Made by a program: the position numbers and the translations under genes. Shown here one piece after another: positions 7,004 through 13,381 of a stretch of 13,381 nucleotides of DNA. Under the pieces are notes generated by a model. The model was not told where the DNA came from. It was given only the letters and a program-made list of their open reading frames with translations, and ran no database searches. The stretch comes from a virus. Its lineage: Duplodnaviria; Heunggongvirae; Uroviricota; Caudoviricetes. How positions within the stretch are numbered: the stretch's first letter is position 1; each line of letters opens with the position of its first letter. The stretch is taken from the IMG/VR virus record IMGVR_UViG_3300032167_005013. One strand, 5' to 3'.

Positions 7004-7213
7004 CTATGTTGTTAAAATTACACCACTATAAGCACAATGTCTTATGCCAAATTCAATCCACTCAATTAGCCTAAAACTATTTCCTGTTCCATAATGACGA
7101 GCATGACTATTAAGTTCTGTTTCTTGGAATATTAGACTATCATAATCACATCCACAAATGTCGAATTTTGTTCGTTGCCCAAAACTGTCTGTTTTTTCAA
7201 TAACTCCAATCAT
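7004..7213 (-). CDS. Small hypothetical protein (69 aa)
   Basis: ATGA overlap with the stop of 7210-7731 suggests translational coupling; ends in TAG. Confidence 0.65.
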   Translation of the reverse strand: MIGVIEKTDSFGQRTKFDICGCDYDSLIFQETELNSHARHYGTGNSFRLIEWIEFGIRHCAYSGVILTT

Positions 7214-7731
7214 TTTAATGTTACTTTATACTCTCCAACTAAAGTAGTTGTAATATGATACCCCATTTTCTTTAATAGATTCCTTACCTTTAAGGTCATA
7301 TATGATGTATAATAATGACCATCTCTATTAACTAATCTTATTGCTCTGTCCAGCTTATTAGCTTCGTTTGATGTTAAAACATTAGAATCAAGGTACTCTC
7401 TACATAAAGTCCACCAGTCTTTTTCAAGATATTCTTCTTTAGTCAAAGACCCCACCGTCCTTTGGAATGCAACATCAAAAGATAATTCCGAAAATCTAGA
7501 AATTACATATGTTCTAAATGACGATTCAACATCCCATTTGTCAATATATTTCTTGCAAAGTTCATTATTGCGTTCTCGAATGAAAATACAAGCAATTTCC
7601 TCATTAGTCGGGATATTAATCATTCCCATTTCAATGCATAAATTTATGGCTTCACTATAATCATGGATACCCATTTCAGACATCAAAAATTCAGCAAACA
7701 AACTTTCTTTAGTTATATTAAAATTTCGCAT
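7210..7731 (-). CDS. Hypothetical protein (173 aa)
   Basis: TAATG coupling with the upstream gene and ATGA coupling with the downstream gene. Confidence 0.8.
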   Translation of the reverse strand: MRNFNITKESLFAEFLMSEMGIHDYSEAINLCIEMGMINIPTNEEIACIFIRERNNELCKKYIDKWDVESSFRTYVISRFSELSFDVAFQRTVGSLTKEEYLEKDWWTLCREYLDSNVLTSNEANKLDRAIRLVNRDGHYYTSYMTLKVRNLLKKMGYHITTTLVGEYKVTLK

Positions 7732-8402
7732 TATCTTATATCTTTAATGTATTCAGGGTTAATATATGAGCATATAATTGGATTTCCTCTATATGACTTA
7801 ATATCACACCAACGCTCATGAACGTGATAACCATTTTCATCCTTCATTACATGAGGAAAAGGAATGCATTCATATTCTTCTGTTTTTCCCTCATATTCCA
7901 CAACCACCGTTCTATGACAGGACCTGTCCATAAGGTTAGCCAACTTAATCCAAGGTATAAGGTCTTCATATTCACTCTTGAGATTATAATATTTTTCTTC
8001 TTCCCCATCATATTTGTCAATATGGACTTCTTTTCCCTCGACTTCAAAACGAATATCAGTAAAAACCCACTCAGGGGGATTATCCCCGTATTTTTCCTTA
8101 ATGCGATAAAGAATTGTTGTCATTGCGTCCTGAGGAATATGGTCACGATAATCATGAACCTGCGCATGTCTTGAAAAATTCATTATAGAATTGATTTCCC
8201 GACGTATATCATGTGCCATAAAACGTTCCCTATCTTCCGAAAAGTGACCATATGAATTACTTGCAATATCTCCAGCGTGAGAGTGCGCTGCAATACTTTT
8301 TCGACCAATACAATATCTGTAAGACATCCATATCAGGTTTTCATAGTACATATTATCCCTAATCTCAATCTTAAATTTATCTTTCTTTTTCGCCATAGTC
8401 AT
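7731..8402 (-). CDS. Hypothetical phage protein (about 223 aa)
   Basis: Long ORF containing LIWMSYRYCIGRKS, downstream of a canonical sigmaA promoter. ATG 8402 or 8396 preferred to TTG 8417. Confidence 0.8.
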   Translation of the reverse strand: MTMAKKKDKFKIEIRDNMYYENLIWMSYRYCIGRKSIAAHSHAGDIASNSYGHFSEDRERFMAHDIRREINSIMNFSRHAQVHDYRDHIPQDAMTTILYRIKEKYGDNPPEWVFTDIRFEVEGKEVHIDKYDGEEEKYYNLKSEYEDLIPWIKLANLMDRSCHRTVVVEYEGKTEEYECIPFPHVMKDENGYHVHERWCDIKSYRGNPIICSYINPEYIKDIR

Positions 8403-8449
8403 AAACTTTATGCTCAAATATTATTTATGTTCATAAAATATGAACAATG

Positions 8450-8480
8450 CAAATATAGTGAACAAAAATTAAAAAACAAA
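8450..8480 (-). promoter_or_regulatory. Bacteroidota sigmaA promoter (-33 TTTG, -7 TATATTTG)
   Basis: TTTG (8480-8477), N19, TATATTTG (8457-8450) followed by CA; canonical spacing. Confidence 0.75.
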
Positions 8481-8548
8481 ATTTTTCTATATTTCTTCGT
8501 ATTCCGTTTTCGGATATACTTCAACCATATTCTCCTGAAGCCATATCA

Positions 8549-8896
8549 TCAATATATTGAAAGTTTAATTGTATCAGGGTATTCACCGAAAACATACTTT
8601 GTTACCGGGCAAAGCCATAGTTCATCCCTATATAGTCTACTCTTGACAAAATATGTTGCGCCATCAGCGTCCTCACGAAGTTTAATAAGTTCTGCAGATT
8701 CTCCTGCATTTGCTTCACTTATACAATCACTCTCATCGGTTCTAAGACCAATTTCGTATTCTCTTCTTCCCTCGGAGTACAGTTCCAACATTGTATCGGC
8801 ACCAAAAACCATTTGCATATCATTTACGTCACCCTCATACAATGGAAGGTCTACAAACCATTTAGTTCCCAATTTTACAAATCTAAGTTTAATCAT
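8549..8896 (-). CDS. Hypothetical protein, DUF6717-like (115 aa)
   Basis: WFVDLP...MVFGADTMLE and LWLCPVTKYVFGEYPDTI, recognised from memory as DUF6717-like; not verified by search. Confidence 0.55.
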   Translation of the reverse strand: MIKLRFVKLGTKWFVDLPLYEGDVNDMQMVFGADTMLELYSEGRREYEIGLRTDESDCISEANAGESAELIKLREDADGATYFVKSRLYRDELWLCPVTKYVFGEYPDTIKLSIY

Positions 8897-8915
8897 AACA
8901 TCATTTTATCTTAAA

Positions 8916-9254
8916 TTATACTAATCTCTTCTTTTCAAGTTCTTCAATAACTTGTTTGGTCTGTGATGGCACTGTAATTGCTTTTCTCTTGGATTGTTTA
9001 TTTTTCGTTGTTGGATAATACAATATAGGAGTGATTACCCTCCTTCCATTATATTCTACCTTAAACCCTCCGAAAAAAGTAAAACCAAGGTCATATTCAG
9101 TTATCACAGTCTCGATTTTTTCGCCCATTTGGTTTTCATATCGTTTATTAAGCACATCACAATATTCGTGCATTTTGCTATACATACGTTTTTCTAATTC
9201 GTTATACTCTTGATACATTGCATGAATGTCACTTAAAATTTCTGCAGTCTCCAT
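8916..9254 (-). CDS. Hypothetical protein (112 aa)
   Basis: Clean ATG-TAA ORF in a same-strand run, preceded by the TGGCAT motif. Confidence 0.75.
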   Translation of the reverse strand: METAEILSDIHAMYQEYNELEKRMYSKMHEYCDVLNKRYENQMGEKIETVITEYDLGFTFFGGFKVEYNGRRVITPILYYPTTKNKQSKRKAITVPSQTKQVIEELEKKRLV

Positions 9255-9283
9255 TATCTTAATTTTTATAGTTTTCTTATATT

Positions 9284-9298
9284 ACAAAAATCATGCCA
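9284..9298 (-). promoter_or_regulatory. Sigma54-like -24/-12 motif TGGCATGATTTTTGT
   Basis: 29 nt upstream of ATG 9254; 9278-9301 is nearly identical to 4556-4579. Confidence 0.6.
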
Positions 9299-9315
9299 AA
9301 ACCATAACATTATTT

Positions 9316-10185
9316 CTAATGTTTTTTAAACCAATCTGTATTCCCACATTTTATGAATCGATGAAAATATAACATTGCATTTTTTTCCACATATTTTAAT
9401 GCTACTACCGATTTTCGCCCAATAAAATCAAACATCCATTCACCAAATTCAATCCCCCATTTTTCAAATTTGTTTTTTATTTCCTTCTTGTGCTTTCGGG
9501 CCTCGGGAAGAACTTCATAAAAAGCATCATAATAACGTTTATATGGTTCACAATTTTTTAAAACTCTAATAAAATCATTTCTTGTATAATCTTTGCGGTC
9601 CCCCAATTCCCGTTCAATATGTGGGGTTGTTTCGGAAATTATTGCTTTCATTTCCTTTTCATGACATGCATATAAAGCTCGTGCAAATCTCATACTGATA
9701 TCATTATCACAATTATATTCAGCAATAAACTTCGTAAGAGGCTCATACCATTCAGGAAGGTCGTTAACCAAAGGTTTATTGGGGATTTTTGAATTCAAGT
9801 TATATTTTGCCTGAGCGACGAGTACATATCCATGATTCAATTCGTGAACCGCTATCTCATATAATTTTTGTCTAAGTGCATCATAATTTTGTTTAAGAAC
9901 ATCCATACGTGATATAAAATAATTGATTGATACATTATCAAAATCAGCACCATTGAATGAACCTTTTGTTGGGCGCACGTCAATTAGCATATTACCAACA
10001 AAATCGTCTTCAGAATATTCTATATTAATTTCAAATTTTTTAAATATTGATTCTGAAAATGAATCAAATACACCCCTCCTATCATGTGTTTTTACCATAT
10101 TAATTGCCTTATCAGCAATTTCCAACGCCAATGCATATTGTTTCGGAAATTCCCCTAATGCCTCATTTATTAAATTTTCAATCAT
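9316..10185 (-). CDS. Putative HExxH zinc metallopeptidase (about 289 aa)
   Basis: YEIAVHELNHGY motif after a beta-rich segment, with a later HEKE as candidate third ligand. ATG 10185 (MIENLINE) sits 2 nt after the upstream stop. Confidence 0.55.
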   Translation of the reverse strand: MIENLINEALGEFPKQYALALEIADKAINMVKTHDRRGVFDSFSESIFKKFEINIEYSEDDFVGNMLIDVRPTKGSFNGADFDNVSINYFISRMDVLKQNYDALRQKLYEIAVHELNHGYVLVAQAKYNLNSKIPNKPLVNDLPEWYEPLTKFIAEYNCDNDISMRFARALYACHEKEMKAIISETTPHIERELGDRKDYTRNDFIRVLKNCEPYKRYYDAFYEVLPEARKHKKEIKNKFEKWGIEFGEWMFDFIGRKSVVALKYVEKNAMLYFHRFIKCGNTDWFKKH

Positions 10186-10187
10186 AA

Positions 10188-10808
10188 TTAACCACATATT
10201 ATTTTATTATAATCAGCAATTTCCTTTAATTTTTCTCTTGAAACAAGCACGTTTACCGGTTTCTCAGCCAATTTTCTTGAACAGACAAATCTACAACCAT
10301 TTATTTCAATATCTCCCTGAGGTTCCTTGACATCTTTTCTCATTCTATCAGCCTTGATATGAAGTTTCCTGATGTCCCACCCCAAAGACTTAAGATAATC
10401 GATTAACTTTTGTTTATCAATTAACGCAATTTCCATTTCTTTAATATCGTCAATGTCTTCAAGAATGTCATAATCGGCTTTATCTATCCAAATACACAGA
10501 AATGAATTATTTAATTTTCCTTCAGAAATCAACCACCCATCAATTAGTTTATCACCTTTTCCTAAAAATGATAGTTCAAACGCAAATGTTTGAAGCCCTT
10601 TATTGATGTACCTTATTGCAGCTTTTTCATCACAAACGTATTGTTTACCACCCCATATGAATATCACGTCAATACCTTTCAATTGGCGTTCTCGGTCTTC
10701 AATCCTCTCATAACTTTCAACATCGCAATAAAAATGTTTTTCAAGGAACTTGGATACGATATCAGCGCATTTCTCATCTTCACGCCTTATCTTACTATTA
10801 TAAGCCAT
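10188..10808 (-). CDS. PD-(D/E)XK nuclease-fold protein (206 aa)
   Basis: An N-terminal helix with an acidic residue (REDEKCADIV), then RQLKGIDVIF (PD-like Asp) and YVCDEKAA (D-E-K triad). Confidence 0.65.
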   Translation of the reverse strand: MAYNSKIRREDEKCADIVSKFLEKHFYCDVESYERIEDRERQLKGIDVIFIWGGKQYVCDEKAAIRYINKGLQTFAFELSFLGKGDKLIDGWLISEGKLNNSFLCIWIDKADYDILEDIDDIKEMEIALIDKQKLIDYLKSLGWDIRKLHIKADRMRKDVKEPQGDIEINGCRFVCSRKLAEKPVNVLVSREKLKEIADYNKIICG

Positions 10809-10839
10809 AACATATATTTTTGTCTCTTATAAATCGCTA

Positions 10840-10871
10840 CAAATATACACAAAAACTTTGATTAAAACAAA
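10840..10871 (-). promoter_or_regulatory. Bacteroidota sigmaA promoter (-33 TTTG, -7 TATATTTG)
   Basis: TTTG (10871-10868), N20, TATATTTG (10847-10840), 31 nt upstream of ATG 10808. Confidence 0.75.
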
Positions 10872-10898
10872 TAAAATCAATGTTTTCTTATTACCAAA

Positions 10899-10907
10899 CT
10901 ATTTATA
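10899..10907 (+). promoter_or_regulatory. Putative late-promoter motif CTATTTATA
   Basis: Ends 23 nt before ATG 10931. Confidence 0.55.
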
Positions 10908-10930
10908 GAATAGATTAAATTGCATATACA

Positions 10931-11353
10931 ATGGGACAAAATGTAAAAAAATTGACAGAATCTGATTTAAAATATATTGTTGAAAATTGCGTAAAAAGAA
11001 TTCTTGTAAAAGAGGGGGTTCTTGATAAAGCCGGAGAATGGCTTAACGATAGGGCTGATGATTTCGAGCGAGGTTACGGCCTTAAAGAAGGTAAGCCACA
11101 ATCAATTGAAGACGTGTTTGAAGGTGATGGATGGAAAGTTGCTGCTGTAAAACAAAGCAATAACGGTTATACCTACTATGGTGTTAGAAGGGCAACAGGT
11201 ACATGGGGAGCACATAACGGAATCCCTGCTGAGGAAATGGTAGAAGAACTTAATATTTTCCTCCAAGACAGTGGCCAACAGCCAACTGCAGAATATGTGG
11301 GGACACATCCGACTGCAAAATACGTGGAGGTATTTAGAGTGAAAACAATTTAA
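10931..11353 (+). CDS. Small protein with conserved N-terminal leader (putative virion or head-internal protein, 140 aa)
   Basis: LTESDLKYIVENCVKRILVKEGVLD matches the leader of 4614-5090. Confidence 0.8.
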   Translation: MGQNVKKLTESDLKYIVENCVKRILVKEGVLDKAGEWLNDRADDFERGYGLKEGKPQSIEDVFEGDGWKVAAVKQSNNGYTYYGVRRATGTWGAHNGIPAEEMVEELNIFLQDSGQQPTAEYVGTHPTAKYVEVFRVKTI

Positions 11354-11359
11354 AAACAT

Positions 11360-11390
11360 AAAAACCCTGTGATTAATCACAGGGTTTTTT
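11360..11390. terminator. Bidirectional terminator (perfect 30-bp palindrome)
   Basis: aaaaaccctgtgatt|aatcacagggttttt, 6 nt after the stop at 11353. Confidence 0.9.
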
Positions 11391-11451
11391 CATATTTATG
11401 ACCATGAATTTTACGTGCATCTTTTATAAATTCTTCAACAGTTTTTCTTGT
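11377..11451 (-). pseudogene. Remnant of a homing-endonuclease-associated repeat (DUF723-like)
   Basis: The minus frame reads TRKTVEEFIKDARKIHGHKYEKTL*, matching the TxEEFIxxAxxxHGxKYDY module. No ATG exists back to the upstream in-frame stop. Confidence 0.55.
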
Positions 11452-11510
11452 CAGTATACAACTATAATTTTCTTGTATAAGAGATATTGAAAATTTTTGG
11501 AAAAACCAAT

Positions 11511-11519
11511 ATATTTATA
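11511..11519 (+). promoter_or_regulatory. Putative late-promoter motif ATATTTATA
   Basis: Ends 15 nt before the terminase ATG. Confidence 0.45.
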
Positions 11520-11534
11520 ATAATTTTTACAATT

Positions 11535-13381
11535 ATGATTGATTTTAGTAACTTAATGTTAGAGTATGCTAAATGTTATAAAGATAAGAGTCGTATCTAC
11601 ATGATACAAAATTTTCTTAAAACATATGATGCAACCCAAAAGAAAGAGGTTCCTTTTACCCTTTTTCCACGACAACAAGACTTGTGCCGTACATTAGGTG
11701 GGGGAAACAATGTTGTTACGACAAAGCCGAGACAAGCCGGCATTACAACCACCTCAGGCGCGTTTATTGCTTGTGAGATGTGCCTTGCTGATAAAGAAAT
11801 GCCCCAAACCGTCCTTGCTATTGGAAATACATTGGACCTCGCTCAGCAAATGCTTTTTAAAATCAGGGATTTTCTTCTGCAATTTCCATTATGGATGTGG
11901 GGTGAAGAATTCATGGATTTAGGCTATGATATTATGAAACCACCCCCAAATAAAAACGTTATTTTTAATGTTTGCAATGGTAAAGAATTAGTCCTCAAAA
12001 ATGGGTGCCGCGTTGTGGCTCGTTCATCAGGGCCTGATGCTTCCCGAGGAGTCGGTGGTGTTTCGTTCCTTATCTTCGATGAAGCCTCATTTATCGAAAA
12101 TGGCGCTGATGTATACGCATCAGCCCTCCCAACTGTCTCTACCGGTGGTCATATTATTATGATTTCAACACCAAACGGTAAAGACCAACTCTATTATAAA
12201 ACATGTGAGGGGGCTAAAAAGAAAGGTACCAGTGATTGGAATGGTTTTGACCTTGTGGAGATGAAATGGTTCCAAGACCCTCGTTATAATAAAAACCTTG
12301 AATGGTATCGTAGGAATGAGGAAACTAATGAAAATGAATATATTAAAGAGCAAACAATCGACGAAAAGGGTAATGTAAAATATGACCCCGAACGTTGGGC
12401 TGAACTTGAGAAACAGGGGTGGAAAGCAAGGAGTCCTTGGTATATTAAAATGTGCCAACAGTTCAATTTTGATGAACAGAAAATTGCTCAGGAGTTGGAT
12501 GTGTCCTTTCTTGGTTCGGCGAACAACGTAGTTGACCCGCAGTATATTGAAATGCAATTGAATCTCAATGTTCAAGAACCTAATCAAGAATATAAAGACC
12601 CGTTGATTGAAGATACTTGGATTTGGAAACCACCTATTATGGGGCACCGTTATATAATGTGTATAGACGCTTCCCGTGGAGATGCTGCCGATAGAAGTGC
12701 ATTGGAAATGATTGATATGGATGGAATTGATGATGAAACAGGGCAGCCTATATTGGAACAGGTATTGGAATATCATGGTAAAGTGACAGGTGATGACCTT
12801 GGCGAAATTGCCTATAGATATGGTAAGATGTACGGTGATGCATTTGTTGTTGTTGATTGTATCGGTGGCGTTGGTGATGCTTGTATATTGACGCTTATGA
12901 GGTTAGGCTATAAAAATCTTTATTACGATGACCCAACGCTTAAAACATATACCATGGCTAGGGATGCTTCAAGTTTGAACTTAACTCCTGACGGAAAACT
13001 CCCGGGATTCCATAGTTCTTCAGTGCGTTTCCAAATGTTGACAAACTTTGCTTATATGGTTAAGACGAATGCGTTTAAAATACGCTCAAAACGTGTTATT
13101 AGTGAATTGGAGACTTGGATATATAAAGGAGACCAAGGTAGAATTGACCATATGGATGGCGCTCATGATGATACACTCACTTGTCTTGCTATGGGATTGT
13201 TTGTAATGAAATTCTCATTTGAAAAACTTGAAACTGTCAAGAAACAGGATGCTGCAATATTAAAAGCGTGGACATCATCAGCACAATTAAATAATACCTA
13301 TGGAAGAGGCTATAACAGCAGCACAACAATTAACATTGCGCCGAAGCCTAATATGCCTTTTTATGGCACACAAACAGTTCA
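11535..13381 (+). CDS. terL: Large terminase subunit, T4 gp17-like (615+ aa, runs off the right edge)
   Basis: Manual translation MIDFSNLMLEYAKCY... is open to the window end. Motifs: Q motif LFPRQ, Walker A VTTKPRQAGITT, Walker B FLIFDEAS, motif C MISTPNG, RNase H-like IMCIDASRG and HMDGAHDDTLTCLAM. Confidence 0.95.
   Translation, partial: MIDFSNLMLEYAKCYKDKSRIYMIQNFLKTYDATQKKEVPFTLFPRQQDLCRTLGGGNNVVTTKPRQAGITTTSGAFIACEMCLADKEMPQTVLAIGNTLDLAQQMLFKIRDFLLQFPLWMWGEEFMDLGYDIMKPPPNKNVIFNVCNGKELVLKNGCRVVARSSGPDASRGVGGVSFLIFDEASFIENGADVYASALPTVSTGGHIIMISTPNGKDQLYYKTCEGAKKKGTSDWNGFDLVEMKWFQDPRYNKNLEWYRRNEETNENEYIKEQTIDEKGNVKYDPERWAELEKQGWKARSPWYIKMCQQFNFDEQKIAQELDVSFLGSANNVVDPQYIEMQLNLNVQEPNQEYKDPLIEDTWIWKPPIMGHRYIMCIDASRGDAADRSALEMIDMDGIDDETGQPILEQVLEYHGKVTGDDLGEIAYRYGKMYGDAFVVVDCIGGVGDACILTLMRLGYKNLYYDDPTLKTYTMARDASSLNLTPDGKLPGFHSSSVRFQMLTNFAYMVKTNAFKIRSKRVISELETWIYKGDQGRIDHMDGAHDDTLTCLAMGLFVMKFSFEKLETVKKQDAAILKAWTSSAQLNNTYGRGYNSSTTINIAPKPNMPFYGTQTV

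Noticed and set aside
7034-7049. TGGCATAAGACATTGT as a further sigma54-like site
   Set aside because: The spacer is one base too long (N6), and sigma54 spacing is rigid. It also lies inside a coding region, although it is 32 nt upstream of the GTG at 7001.
7004-9318. TAG-to-Gln recoding as in Lak phages (ORFs ending at 7004 and 9316 stop at TAG)
   Set aside because: Read-through adds only one sense codon before TAA at 9316 and a short tail before TGA at 7004. No long gene, including terL, needs TAG read-through.
2-12776. Short antisense or alternate-frame ORFs in the track (for example 2..187, 198..416, 1201..1386, 1257..1520, 3834..4052, 4629..5030, 7818..8174, 8277..8924, 9923..10330, 11102..11380, 11698..11922, 12165..12776)
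   Set aside because: They shadow better-supported genes on the opposite strand or in another frame, show reverse-complement-type residue bias (F/I/L/S/C-rich) and have no motifs.
11535-13381. Intein or intron in the terminase
   Set aside because: ATPase and nuclease motifs follow at ordinary spacing, with no Cys...His-Asn splicing block or LAGLIDADG motif, and the frame is uninterrupted.
1-13381. CRISPR array, tRNA or rRNA genes
   Set aside because: No repeat-spacer periodicity, cloverleaf or rRNA-like sequence was seen by eye. The only tandem repeat is coding (7-60). tRNAscan-SE and a CRISPR finder were not run.

Overview
AT-rich (roughly one-third GC, estimated by eye), densely coding segment of a large tailed phage genome, most likely a jumbo or Lak-like phage of a Bacteroidota host. 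Host evidence: TTTG-N19/20-TAnnTTTG promoters and AT-rich starts without Shine-Dalgarno motifs. It reads in the standard code. The right end is a T4 gp17-like large terminase (11535 to past the window end) and the left end is the 5' part of a tail-fibre-like gene; the ORF track misses both. The main hidden feature is a 426-nt group I intron (minus, 3122-2697) with P/Q/R/S cores, P1/P10 guide pairing and a frameshifted NUMOD1 homing-endonuclease remnant. It splits an uncharacterised gene (exons 3188-3123 and 2696-2184) at the head of a four-gene cluster ending in an ECF-like sigma factor. Also present: a membrane module (LemA-like, TPM-like and two other membrane proteins), a PD-(D/E)XK nuclease next to an HExxH metallopeptidase, two stand-alone plus-strand genes sharing an N-terminal leader resembling a capsid-targeting or protease-cleaved signal, three apparent promoter classes (host sigmaA, sigma54-like TGGCAT-N5-TTGT, putative late CTATTTATA) and a second homing-endonuclease remnant beside terL. 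Family calls come from motif recognition, not database searches.
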